A stretch of DNA of 64,000 nucleotides, from positions 1,550,001-1,614,000 of the forward strand of contig OY253672.1 in NCBI GenBank assembly GCA_958009085.1, in the 5' to 3' direction. Made by a program: the position numbers and the translations under genes. Source of the DNA: Protoeuglena noctilucae (Eukaryota). Under the pieces are notes generated by a model. It saw only the letters and a program-made list of their open reading frames with translations. It was not told the origin of the DNA and searched no databases. This document shows, one piece after another, positions 51,401-64,000 of the stretch (the stretch's first letter is position 1; each line of letters opens with the position of its first letter).

Positions 51401-53459
51401 GGGTCCACGGGAGGGTCTGTGCGGATATGGGATTTGGGAGTGCCCGGCATGCCCATCGCCATCATGCAGTACCTGCACACCGGTGAGCGGGTGTGGTGGT
51501 GATGGTTGATGGGCGCTGCTAACTGTGAGCGCTGCCACTACGCAACCTAGCTGCCACCCATGCACACTGCCACCCATGCACCCTGTGTCTGCCCCTTCGC
51601 ACCGGACCCTTCCATGCCGGTCACCCCCTCTAGTGTCGTCCATAGCCATCCCCTTGCACCACATTCTCACCACTCTCACTCCCCCTTCTCACCCCCAGTG
51701 TCATCCATGACATTCATCGGCGACAGCGAGCGTTACCTGGCCATTGGTTTGGTAGATGGTCGCGTGCATGTCTGGGACGTCAGGGACGGGGTGCTGGTGC
51801 GGGTGCTGAGGGGACACACCCAAGTGCCGTGGTTCCTCCACGCACTGCGACTCATGCCGGCCGCACAGCCACAAGCGACAAAGGCAACCAACGCACCGCC
51901 ACCCGCACCCGCCTATCCCGGCCACCGCGACCTGTTCGGCAGGCTGGGCGGGCCGAGGGAGGGTGACGCGGAGGCAACGCGGCTCCCGGACGCAGCGCTG
52001 GTCACCGGGGGCCGCGACGGCGCGCTGCGGCTGTGGAGCCTGGGGGGTTCTCGCCCGGACCCCCCCGCACGGTCCCAGGTGCAGATCATATCGGACGCGG
52101 GGGGTGCGGGGGTGGTGAGAAAGGCGCTGTGCGTGCGGCGGGCGCACCGGGGTGCCGTGCTTGCGGTGGAGCCGCTCAATTTGGCCGACGTGACTGACGC
52201 CGATGGGTGGGTGGAGCTGGCGACCGCGCATGTGAGGGAGGCGGTCGGGAGGGGCCTGGCGCGCAACGCGGCGAAGAGAGAGGCGGAGCGGAGAGCAAGG
52301 GAGGCGGGGGCGGGGGCAGCGGGTGTGGCGGGGCCAGCTGGGGCAGCGGGGGCAGCAGGGGTGGAGGGGCAGGGGCACGGGCAGGGAGCGGCAGCAGGTG
52401 CGGGAGAGGGTGCGGGTGGTGGTGGTGAGGAGGGTGGTGAGGAGGGGTGGCAGTCGGGGCGCGAGGTGTGGGGTGACGGCGCTCCCTTCCCCCCCGGTCG
52501 CCTTCCTGAGGGCGTGGTGGCGAGCGGTGGCAGTGACAGCGTGGTCAAGCTCTGGGACATGCAGACGTGGGAGTGCGTGGCGGAGATGCGGGGCCACCGC
52601 CACGGGTGCCTGTCGCTGGCATTCTCACTGCCGCAGAGACCACAGGTGAGGGGTGGGTTAGGGTGCATGGGTGGATGGCGATGCATTGGTGGATGGCGAT
52701 GCATGGGTGGATGGCGATGCATGGGTGGATGGCGATGCATATGTGGATGGCAATGGTTGGCGAGGGGTCACCGGGTGTGGCTTCCCCATCGCTCGTATTT
52801 GCCACTCACACCCGACAGCCGCTGTCACTCTGAATGGTGTGATCTCTCCCTCTCCCGTCAACAGCTGCAGCGAGTCTAACCATTGCACTTACAATTGCAA
52901 ACCCTAACCCCACATCACAACCCATCCCCGCTCTTCTCCGCAGACGAGCGCCCCTTTGTCGTTCGGGTCTCGCCCCCCCACGTCCGCCAGGGGCGCCCTG
53001 TGGCTGCTGAGCGGCAGCCAGGATCACGAGACGCGCATTTGGGAGGTTTCCAGCGCCCAATGCCTAACAGTACTATCACACCACTGTGCGCCCGTCACCG
53101 CGCTGCAGTGCCACGGGGCGCAGCTGGCCACGCTTGCGGCGGGGGATGGGCTGGCGGCGTTTATCAGGGCGCCCTTCGATCCGTCGCTGCACGAGGGGCC
53201 GGGTGCGGCAGAGAGTGAGGGGGGGCGGGGGAGGGGCAGGGGCACGCTGGGTGTGCGGGCGGAGGTGGCGAGGGCGAGGGGCGTGCCGGCGGGGGAGGGG
53301 GAGAGCGTGGGGTTGCCGGGCATGGGGCTGGAGCAGGTGTTGAGTCTGCTGGACGGCGCTGGGGTGTCGTTCGCGGCTTCCCTGGCTATGGACAGGAAGG
53401 GACTCGCGCTGGGGACGCAAGTGGGGGAGCTGTGTCTGTACGATTTCGCGGCCGCGTGA
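48443..53459 (+). CDS. MYND zinc finger - disordered linker - F-box - WD40 repeat protein
   Basis: MYND: CAIC...CSRCKRVFYCSADCQKDGWADHKSEC. F-box: IDDLPTE|ILETIFQQLPAPDLARCALVCRTW. WD40: SGGWDGKV, ASGSTGGSVRIWD, SGGSDSVVKLWD and SGSQDHETRIWE. The exons from MYND through the F-box join in phase. Confidence 0.85.
52665..52752 (+). repeat. 18-bp tandem repeat (TGCATGGGTGGATGGCGA) x about 5 in an F-box gene intron
   Basis: Directly visible. Confidence 0.9.
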
Positions 53460-54739
53460 CAGGGGGGCATGGAATGGGGTGACGAGGAGTGGAAGTGGGG
53501 GAGCTCTGTGTTTATGACTTCGCAGTTGCTTGACGGGGGGGGGGGGCATTATGAGTGGTGACGGAGGGACATGGGATGGGGTGACATGGGGATGGAGCGC
53601 ATGAGGGCGTGCGTCGTGAGCGGTGGCGCATGAGTAGAGCTGCGTCTTTGAGGAGAGGTAGGCCGAGTGTCTGAGCGTGGCTGTGCCTTAACCCAATGCC
53701 TTAACCCACACATCTAGTGGTGTGCTTGCGTTTCAACTAGATAAGTTTGAAGGAACCTCAGGGAACGCATTAGCTCGGGCAGTATGTGCTTGCAACTTTT
53801 TGCAACGTCGCGCGGCAGTGGGCACCGAGGGAGGGATTGGGCCTCCCCCCATCGGTGGGCAGAGGGCGCAGAGGGGCGCAGTCGACAGGCGGGAGTGCCG
53901 TCGCGGTTGCTAGGGAAAGGCAGTCGCGGTTTCTAGGGAAAGGGGCGGCAGGGTGGCAGGGGTGGCAGGGGTGGCATCGGCATCGCTGCTGCCGACGCGG
54001 GGACCGGGCGGGGGGTGCGGCGGGGCGTGCATGCGAGTGCACATCCCGTCGGGAGAGGAGGGGCGGCTCGGCTAGGGAAAGGGATCGGGATGTGGGAACC
54101 GGCAGCTATGCAGGGTTTGCAAGGGGGGTAGGAAGCAGGCACAGCTGACCGAGAAAGGGATTGGGATGTGGGAACCGGCAGCGCAGTATGCAGGTGGTTT
54201 GCGAGGGGCCAGTGGAGGGGAAGGGACGACGGCGGCTGCGACCCCCCCACTGGCGGCGAGGCTGGCGAGACTGGCACTGGATTGGAACAAAACTGGCACG
54301 GGTGCGGGACGGGCGGCACAAACGTGACATGCGATGGGATGGGACGGGATGCGCTGCAGCGGCGCTCTGCAGCCGGCGGGTTGCCGGGAAGGGGGATGCA
54401 CCGGGGGTGGAGGGCGGCGCAGCGCTACTCCCTCGCTAGCGCTGGCAGAGGGAGTCTGGGGTGGCTGGGCCTGGGCTGGAGTCGCGGAGAGGCCGGGACA
54501 AGAGGCGGGGTATGGCAGGTCAAAAGGCAGGCAGTGGCGTGGTGGGCCGTCACATGAACAGACAACGGTAGATGCGGTGGGGGTGCAGGCGGCTGCCTGG
54601 CCGCTGAAGGGTTCGCAGTGCAGCGGCGGTGGCGACGGTGTGGGAGTGAGGCGTGGAGAACGTAAGGCGAGTGTCGCGGCACGGCATTGCAGCGCGAGCG
54701 TTGCAGCGAGCGGGAGTGTTGCAGCGCGGGTGTCTCGCG

Positions 54740-57700
54740 TCACGCCGGCCCGCACACGGCGGGCAGGAGTGCGATGAGTTGGTCTCGCACATCCGTCATG
54801 GACGGTCGCTTCTTGCGGTCTGCGCAGAGGCACTGACTGTAGAGGACGCAGAGGGGCAGGGAGGGGACGGGGAGGGGGGGGATCTGGGGGAGGGGAGAGA
54901 GGTGGGGGGGCGTGGTGGGTGATGGGTGCTGAAGCCATGAATGAGTGAGGCACAGCATTGCATCATAACTGCTGTGACGATGAGGGGAGAGGTGCAGGGT
55001 GGTGGTCAGAGAGTGCAGGGCGCACCAAACAGCCGAGAGTGAGGCAACGCCTTGCATCCGGACTGCAGTGTCACCCCATAGCCATCGCGACCGCAGTGCC
55101 ACCCCATCGCATGTGACCTGCAGTGGCAGTCTCAACCTCACCTCCCCCCTCCGCTTCGAGTCGAGGATGGCCGGCAGCGTCATGGCGTCGTATGCCCCCC
55201 TCCCCGCGACCATGTGGAAGAGCAGCAGACCCAGGGCATAGACATCCGCAGCAGGCGACAAATACGCGTGCTCGTCTGTCACACACTCGGGGGGCATCAC
55301 GGCCTGGGGAGAGGTGGGAGGAGGGGTGTGTTAGTGATAAAGAACATAATGGGGTCAATTGGTGATAAATCACAAATAAAGAACATAGAGAGGTGCATGG
55401 CGAATCATGGTGCATGGGTCATGGTGCACAGTGCATGGGTCATGGGTCACGCATGTAAGCATGGGTCATGATGCATGGTTGAAGCCATCTGAGTGGTGCA
55501 TGCGTCTCACCATGGTCCCGCGGGTGGTGAGTGGCGCTGCCCTGCATGGCGCGTGACACAGAGAAGTCAACGATCTTCGCCAGGAAGGCCTTGCCGGCGC
55601 GATTAGCGTAGGGAGACACCGCGCGCCTGCGTCCCTCCCACGCGTCCCGCTCGGCGCCCTCAGAGCCGAAGCACTGCCCGCCCAGCAACTCGCGCTCTGA
55701 GGGAAGAGTGGGGAGGTACGAGGGGTGGTGAGACGGCGGGGATGCGGTGCAATTGGGTTGCATGGGAGTGGCGTGGGTGCTGGTGTGCGGTCACAACATA
55801 GCATGGGTGTGGGTGTGAGTGTGGGCGTAGGCATGTGTGTGTGTGTGGGTATGAGCATGCAAGTGCGTGTGTCTCTGTCCCTCACCCGTGTGTGAGTGCT
55901 TGGCGTGGGAGCACAGCATGATGTTGCTGGCCTTGATGTCGCAGTGGACGACGTTGCGAGAGTGTAGGTAGGCCGCGCCCTCCGCCACGTCAATCTGCAA
56001 CCATGGTGCCAGATGACGGTGGCAAACGACCACGGGTCATGACCGTGGCAGATGACGGTGGCAGTCACGTGGTGAGGGCGCAGCACAGCATGGCAAATGA
56101 CGGTGGCAATGGGCGGGCGATGGACGGGATGTCACGCGGGGGGTGCCATACAGCACAGCTTGGCAATAACAAGTCAGCATCTCTCTCCCCATGCCCATTC
56201 ACGCACTCACCAGCGTCAGCATCACCAGGGGCAGGTCAGCCTCCCACGTCCCGTCCTCCCGGCGCGTGTGGAAGGAGGGGCCACCCTCCCCAGACAGACA
56301 CTCACGCAGGTCGCCCATGTCACTGCGAGGTGGGGAGGCGGTGGCGTGAATGAGCTATCGGGATGGGCCAATCACTCACGCAGGTCGCCCATGTCACTGC
56401 GAGACAGGGACCTGACGGTCACGGATGCAATGGCATGAGATGAGAGGCAATTGGAACAGGCAGTGGGTATTTTTCACACAACACAACCTCGCAAGCCCTC
56501 TTCCGCTCACCACAGCTCCATGGCCATGCACACGTGACCCCGCGTCGGCCCCCTCCCTCCACCGCCCCCCGCCAGCCACGCCAATCGACTCGACGTGGTT
56601 GAGGCTTCCCCATCACCGCGAACCGACTCGCGGCCCCAAGGCCCAGCCGACCGCCCCGTCCCAGTCAAACTCTGGCTACGGCTCTGACTGTGGCTATGGC
56701 TCTGGCTCTGGCTGCCCTCCCCGCCCCTCGCTGCGGTCGTGGACCCTCCACGAGTGCTCCCCACCCCCCGCTGGCTGCTCTCCCGGCTGCCCATCTTCCG
56801 GCTGCCCGTTTCCCGGCTGCCCGTCTCGTTCACCGTCTCTGACCCCACCGACGCGTGACGCGACAACACCATGCTCGGCTTGCGGTCCTCAGGGGCCATC
56901 ACAGTCTCTGCGGCCATTACAACACATCACATCACAGTCCAGTCTCACACAGCACAGTGTGACGGGCACACACAGCACAGCCCACACCCACCCACACACC
57001 CACACACACGCCACAGTCCACCCAAACACAACCCCCGCCCCTGCCGCGCCCCGCCCCCGCTCACCGACGCTCTTCCCCGGCGCCACCGCACGCCGCCGCA
57101 TCCCCAGCAGACCCGGCAGCCGCAGCGTCCCCCACACCCCCCCCCCCATCTTGGCATCCATCACCTCCTCCAACACGTGAGCCGCTGCATCACCCTCATC
57201 CGCCACCCCATCGGCACCCGTCGACGCAGCGCGCCCTAAGGACCCCGGGCCGTGGCCAGTGGCGGAGGCCTGGGAGGGTGCGAGGCTGCCAGCGCTGGCC
57301 GTGGCGCAGGACGCCGTCGGCGCCTTCAGATCCGGTCGCCGGGGGGTGCGCGTGACGAACACCAGCAGCAGCCGCGCCAGGTTGGGATGGGCCAAGTCCA
57401 TCGACGCGGCGAAGTCCACCTCCCCCAGCGCCCCGCACTGCCGGCGACGATCCTGTGAGGGAGAGATGAGGCGCGTGACAAAGCGTGTACGATGATTAAG
57501 CATGCTTGCAGCTGAGCGGCTCATCGCGGCAGATCAGCCACTGCGACCCTAGCTCCCCAGGCGCCAGCCACTGCGGCCCGCCATGCGCCATTGCCCACCT
57601 CATCGACGCGCGCCCCCAGCTGCAGGACGCCCAGGGTGCCCCTCGGGACCCTCCCCCTCGGCCACACGGCGCTGGGCCTGTCTGGGTCCGCCAGCAGCGG

Positions 57701-58965
57701 CGCCACGTCCGCCATCGCCACCGGCTCACGGAACACCTTGACCGCCACCTCATGGCCGTCCACCGTGGCACGGTACACCTCGCCGAAGGACCCTTTGCCC
57801 AGGGAGGCGTGGAAGGAAAGCTGCGGGGGCGGAGGGAGGCGGCGCGGGTGAGTTGGTGCCCAACGCCAGTGCCACAGCTGCGTCCTGCCTCCATCTCAAT
57901 CTAGAGCAGCCAAGCAATGCTGTCCCTGCCCCGCCTCGCCTTCCACCGCCGCGGCCGGGCCAGGTCCCATGGATCTCCGCCGAGCGCCCAGAGCGCCACC
58001 CCCACAGCCAGCGCCGTGGCCACCAGGCACCCCACCGCCAGCGCCGCCGTGCCCCAGCCGCCCCCCGGCTGGCTCCACTTCGCCGTGCCGTCCCACGTTA
58101 GGGCGAAGGCGTGGACGCGCGCGAGGTGCTTGGGGTCCGCGACCGGTGGCCCGTGCCTCACCAAGTCCCCCGAGGGGTCGCAGGTGAGGGTCACGTCCAC
58201 CAGCCGCGCGGGCCCTGGCATGGCTAGCACCGCCGTGTCACGGATGTGGAACTCTCGCACCTCGGAGGCGCGGATGTGGAGATCGGAGAAGTCGCCGCGC
58301 GGCGCCGCCTGCAGCATGGTGCTGAAGCCAGGCACGGCGCGCGCCTCTCGCAGGAACGTGCAGGGTGAGACAACACGGACGTTGATGAGCATCAGGGCGG
58401 GGTCGTCGGGGTTGCGCGCGCGGTTGAGCCAGGAGAGGTCTTCGACGCCGTAGTCCAGGGGCATGGAGAGCACGACGTTGTAGAGCAGCAGCCCGGGCGT
58501 CAGGCGCATGGGCGGAAGGTCCACCCTGTCCAGCACCGCGCTGGAACCCGCCGACCCCACCGTCAGCAGGCCGGACGGGTGGGATCGAAGGGCGGCGCCG
58601 GTCATGCGGAAGCAGTCGCAGGTCTCGGGGCAGTCGATGCGACCGGAGAAGACGACGTGAGCGGCGCGGTCCCCCAGGCACGCCACGTCGTGCGCACCGC
58701 CCAGGTCGCCGCAGGGAGCCAGTGCCGGCGGGGAGCCCTCCGTTGAAGGGACGCCGGCGAAGAGCGCTGGGCAACGGGTGGCGGCCTGGCAGACACGGGC
58801 AGGGCGGGGAGGCTCGCGCGACGCTGCAGCCGCTGAGGCGGGCGCCCTGGCGAGCGCAGCAGGGGCGGCGCGCGGAAGATCCTAACTCACCTCGTGAGCC
58901 ATCGCCTGGCCCGCGACGCCGACCAGCGCGGCCAAGGCGCCGAGGAGAAGCTTGGAGGCGTGCAT
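54740..58965 (-). CDS. Receptor-like (TKL-type) Ser/Thr protein kinase: signal peptide, Cys-containing ectodomain, TM helix, kinase
   Basis: Signal peptide MHASKLLLGALAALVGVAGQAMA; TM WGTAALAVGCLVATALAVGVALWAL. Kinase motifs LGKGSFGEVY, VAVK, HPNL, MELCDMGDL, HCDIKASN, DFS, PPE and DVYALG. Confidence 0.85.
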
Positions 58966-59551
58966 CGGGCCTGGTCGAGGCCCAGGGCCGCGCCTGCGGC
59001 GCACATTGCGAGAACACGTGGATAAATGGACATGTTATCCATCAGGTGAGGATGACGGGCGCCTCCGTGGGCCAACGTGCCAAAGGCGCCGCGTTACAGT
59101 TGATTTGGCACACGGCGAGGCCTTGCCGGCCCCAAGGAGCGCGAACCCCACGCGCGCAGGGTCACCTCAGTTCCATACTCCCGTCAAAGAAGGACAGACG
59201 CGGTTTGGGCTCTCACCGGGTCCGCTGGCGGGGAGGTGGCGGGGCGGTGGGCCGCCGCGGTGGCCGCAAGGAGCTCAAGGTGCAGTCCTTCGTACGTGGC
59301 TCGCAGTGAATACGAAGAAAGGAGCAAAATCACCCATGCACGCGGCACGGCAGGGGCGCAGAGCGGTTTCAGAGTGCTCCACCGGCTTCGACATCGGCCC
59401 GGAGCGCGGGGGCCGCGCTCGCAGATCCGCCGGAAAGAAGCGGGTGTAGGCCGCGAATTGCGGGCGCTAGATCATGATGCCCGACAGCGCCTTCAGCCGC
59501 AGCGCGCGCCAGTCCGACACAAGAAACGGTCGCAGGAGAGTAGTCATCGTT

Positions 59552-60950
59552 TTACTTGTTGATGAGATGCATGTGCTTGTCGCGGATGATGTCCCCCAGC
59601 TGCAGCTCCTCCGTGTCCCCGGTCATGTACATGATGTGCGCGGTCATAGACGCCGCGTTGATGTCCTGGATCTCGATAAGGTACCAGTACCCGTCGTCCG
59701 GCCAGTACAGCTCCGCCAGTCTGCCCCTGCAGCGTCGGGGAGGGCGGGGCGGGCCTCTTGCAGCTCCCCAGTTTCATCCCAGCCCAGCTGATGAGCCCAG
59801 CTGACTCTGGGCACTCGCCTGAGCTGCGTGCCGACGTCGCTGTACTCCAGGAAGCGGCCCTTGGTCTGCAGGTGGGCCGACGCCTGCCGCAGGTCCGGGG
59901 GCGGCGGGTTGATGAAGGCAGGCTGTGGGAGGGGCGCGGGCGGGTCCACCGCCATGGACGTGTCGCCCCCAAGGGCCTCAGGGACCTCCGCGTGCATGCT
60001 GGCCATCGAGTGCTGCTTGGGCACGGGGCGGTGGGTCCTGGGGGGCCTCTGGAGCTCCGGAACGGGGAGGTCGTTCGACACGGGAGGGCCGAAGTCCGGC
60101 GCCGACTGCGGGGGGTTCGAGGGGCACCGCAGAGGCTCAGACACCGTCACCAATGTCGTCAACATCGCCAGGCCACCAAGGGCACGTGCCTGGGCGCGGA
60201 GCCCCTCTTGCTAAGCTCTAAGCACCTGGATGGTCTCGATCCTCGGTGCCTTGCCCGCGCGCCCCGACAGCGGCGCTTCCCGCGGCGTAAACCCCGGCAG
60301 ATCATCGAAGTCCTCGAGTCCCGGCTGCTCCAGCGCCCTGAGTTCGTCGTCGAATGCGTTCAAATCCTTGTCCACGCGCTCCAGGTAGTGCTCCACCAGC
60401 TCGTATGCGTTGAGGGCCACCTGCACCCGCTCCTCGGCCCAGCTCAGCAGCAGAGCGTGGTCCCGCTCGATCTCGTCCAGCAGCGCCTTGGTCTCCGCGT
60501 GGGCCTCGCGGCCGTGCAGGGACGGCTGCTGCTGCGCGCGGAGCACCTGTGAACGCAAGCAAAGGGTGGCTTATCAATTCAATCTCGCGTTGGCGACTGC
60601 GCCGGGTCTTGTAACGACACGGTCTCCCGCACCTTGGCCTCGACATCCCGCTTGAGCTGCTCGCTCTTCATGTCGAGCATGCGTATTAACGCCAGCAGCC
60701 GCTGCAGCTCGCTCGGGAAGGGCTGGGTGTCTGCAGGGACGAAATCGACACTCGTTGCACGGGGTATGGCGAGGGCAGAGGCCGCCCGCGCGATCGCATA
60801 CTCTCCAGCGCCTTAAATGGGGACGCGCTTGCTTCTGCAAACCGAAACGCGCGCGATGTCCCGCCCGCGGGCGGCCAGTGTGGTACGTTGGGGCCACTCA
60901 CACTCAATGACGGACTCCAGGTAGATCACATTGGCGCTGCTCTGCACCAT
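59552..60950 (-). CDS. ING-family N-terminal domain protein with a C-terminal Tudor-like domain (no PHD finger)
   Basis: ING domain: YLESVIEYTQPFPSELQRLLALIRMLD...AEERVQVALNAYELVEHYLERVDKDLNAF. C-terminus GRLAELYWPDDGYWYLIEIQ...AHIMYMTGDTEELQL resembles a Tudor fold. Stop TAA at 59552-59554. Confidence 0.8.
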
Positions 60951-61321
60951 GACCCCGCCCACGCCCGGGGCGTGCCGACCGCCCCGGTCAGGGCGCGGAT
61001 GCGCTCCTCGCTCCCGCCAACAAGCAGCTACACGACAGTATCGTCTCCCGCCTGCGGCTCTTGCCCTACAACACGCGCTCGCAGAGCGCTGGGCCCCCGG
61101 GCACGCTTTTCGCGCAAATACTCAAGCCCTCGTCCTCCTCGCACACCGGGCTGAGGATGCACGGTCCGCGACGATTCAGGAATATCACGTAGCACTCAAT
61201 AGCAGCCTGAGAAGGGCCAGGCACCCCGGACTGCCCCGTCTGACCGGGTGGGTTCCCCGCTGGCACGCAGAGCCGTCACAATTGCGCCCGCGCAGTCACA
61301 CCCCGCCAAACATTTCATTGA

Positions 61322-63664
<2,343 letters not shown>

Positions 63665-64000
63665 GCGGATCGGGGCAGGCACGCGCTCGGGGGCCGTAGA
63701 TCAGGGCCGTGCCACCGCCATGGGCAGAGTGCGGGGGGCCAGTTGCGCGACTCAATGCGAACGCGAAGCCTATGCGATTCAAAGGGAGTAAAAAACACCT
63801 GGCACGAGACACTATAGCTGTGTGAAACAAGCACATCGCAGCATGCGAAATAGGACAAAGGGTGGGGGAACTGGGGTGCCACGTCCAGAGTGGCAGACGA
63901 ACATCCCTGCGAAAAATGCCGCAAATAAAGAGTACTGCCGATGCTGTCACTGATACGCTCCTTACTAACAAACCCTGCCTTGGTAGTACCCCACACGGCT

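Noticed and set aside
52655..52910. Isolated telomere-like motifs (GGGTTAGGG, AAACCCTAA); also at about 5190, 24721 and 53696
   Set aside because: Single units in G/C-rich introns or spacers; no array.
50442..56403. Spaced 30-35 nt direct repeats superficially like CRISPR repeats
   Set aside because: Only 2-3 copies each, derived from exon junctions, in a eukaryotic context with no cas genes.

Overview
Eukaryotic, very GC-rich, gene-dense nuclear DNA from a flagellate green alga. The evidence is an Lhcb5/CP26 gene, a plant-type organellar DNA polymerase, an axonemal dynein and CEP290. It uses the standard genetic code and has one 200-N scaffold gap. I can assemble about 17 intron-containing genes by hand: CEP290-like (3' part), thylakoid FKBP, inner-arm dynein heavy chain, ankyrin-tandem CCCH zinc finger, Lhcb5, RRP15-like, RNASEK/V-ATPase f-like, SnoaL-like, Lon protease, an unknown gene spanning the gap, organellar DNA polymerase, a YGQ-rich/coiled-coil/WG-tail protein, a small plastid membrane protein, a MYND-F-box-WD40 protein, a receptor-like kinase, an ING-Tudor protein and an organellar ProRS. 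No tRNA, rRNA, CRISPR array or recognisable transposon was seen. The most striking signals concern splicing. (1) About 19 introns appear to use GC donors, almost all AG|GCGAG. (2) In Lon, the DNA polymerase, the F-box gene and the kinase, introns repeatedly contain 'echo' copies of their own exon-intron junctions. (3) The same genes show a G-rich/C-rich skew wave locked to splice sites. Unusual architectures: ING with a Tudor-like domain instead of a PHD finger, and MYND fused to F-box/WD40. All exon boundaries are manual inferences without RNA data.
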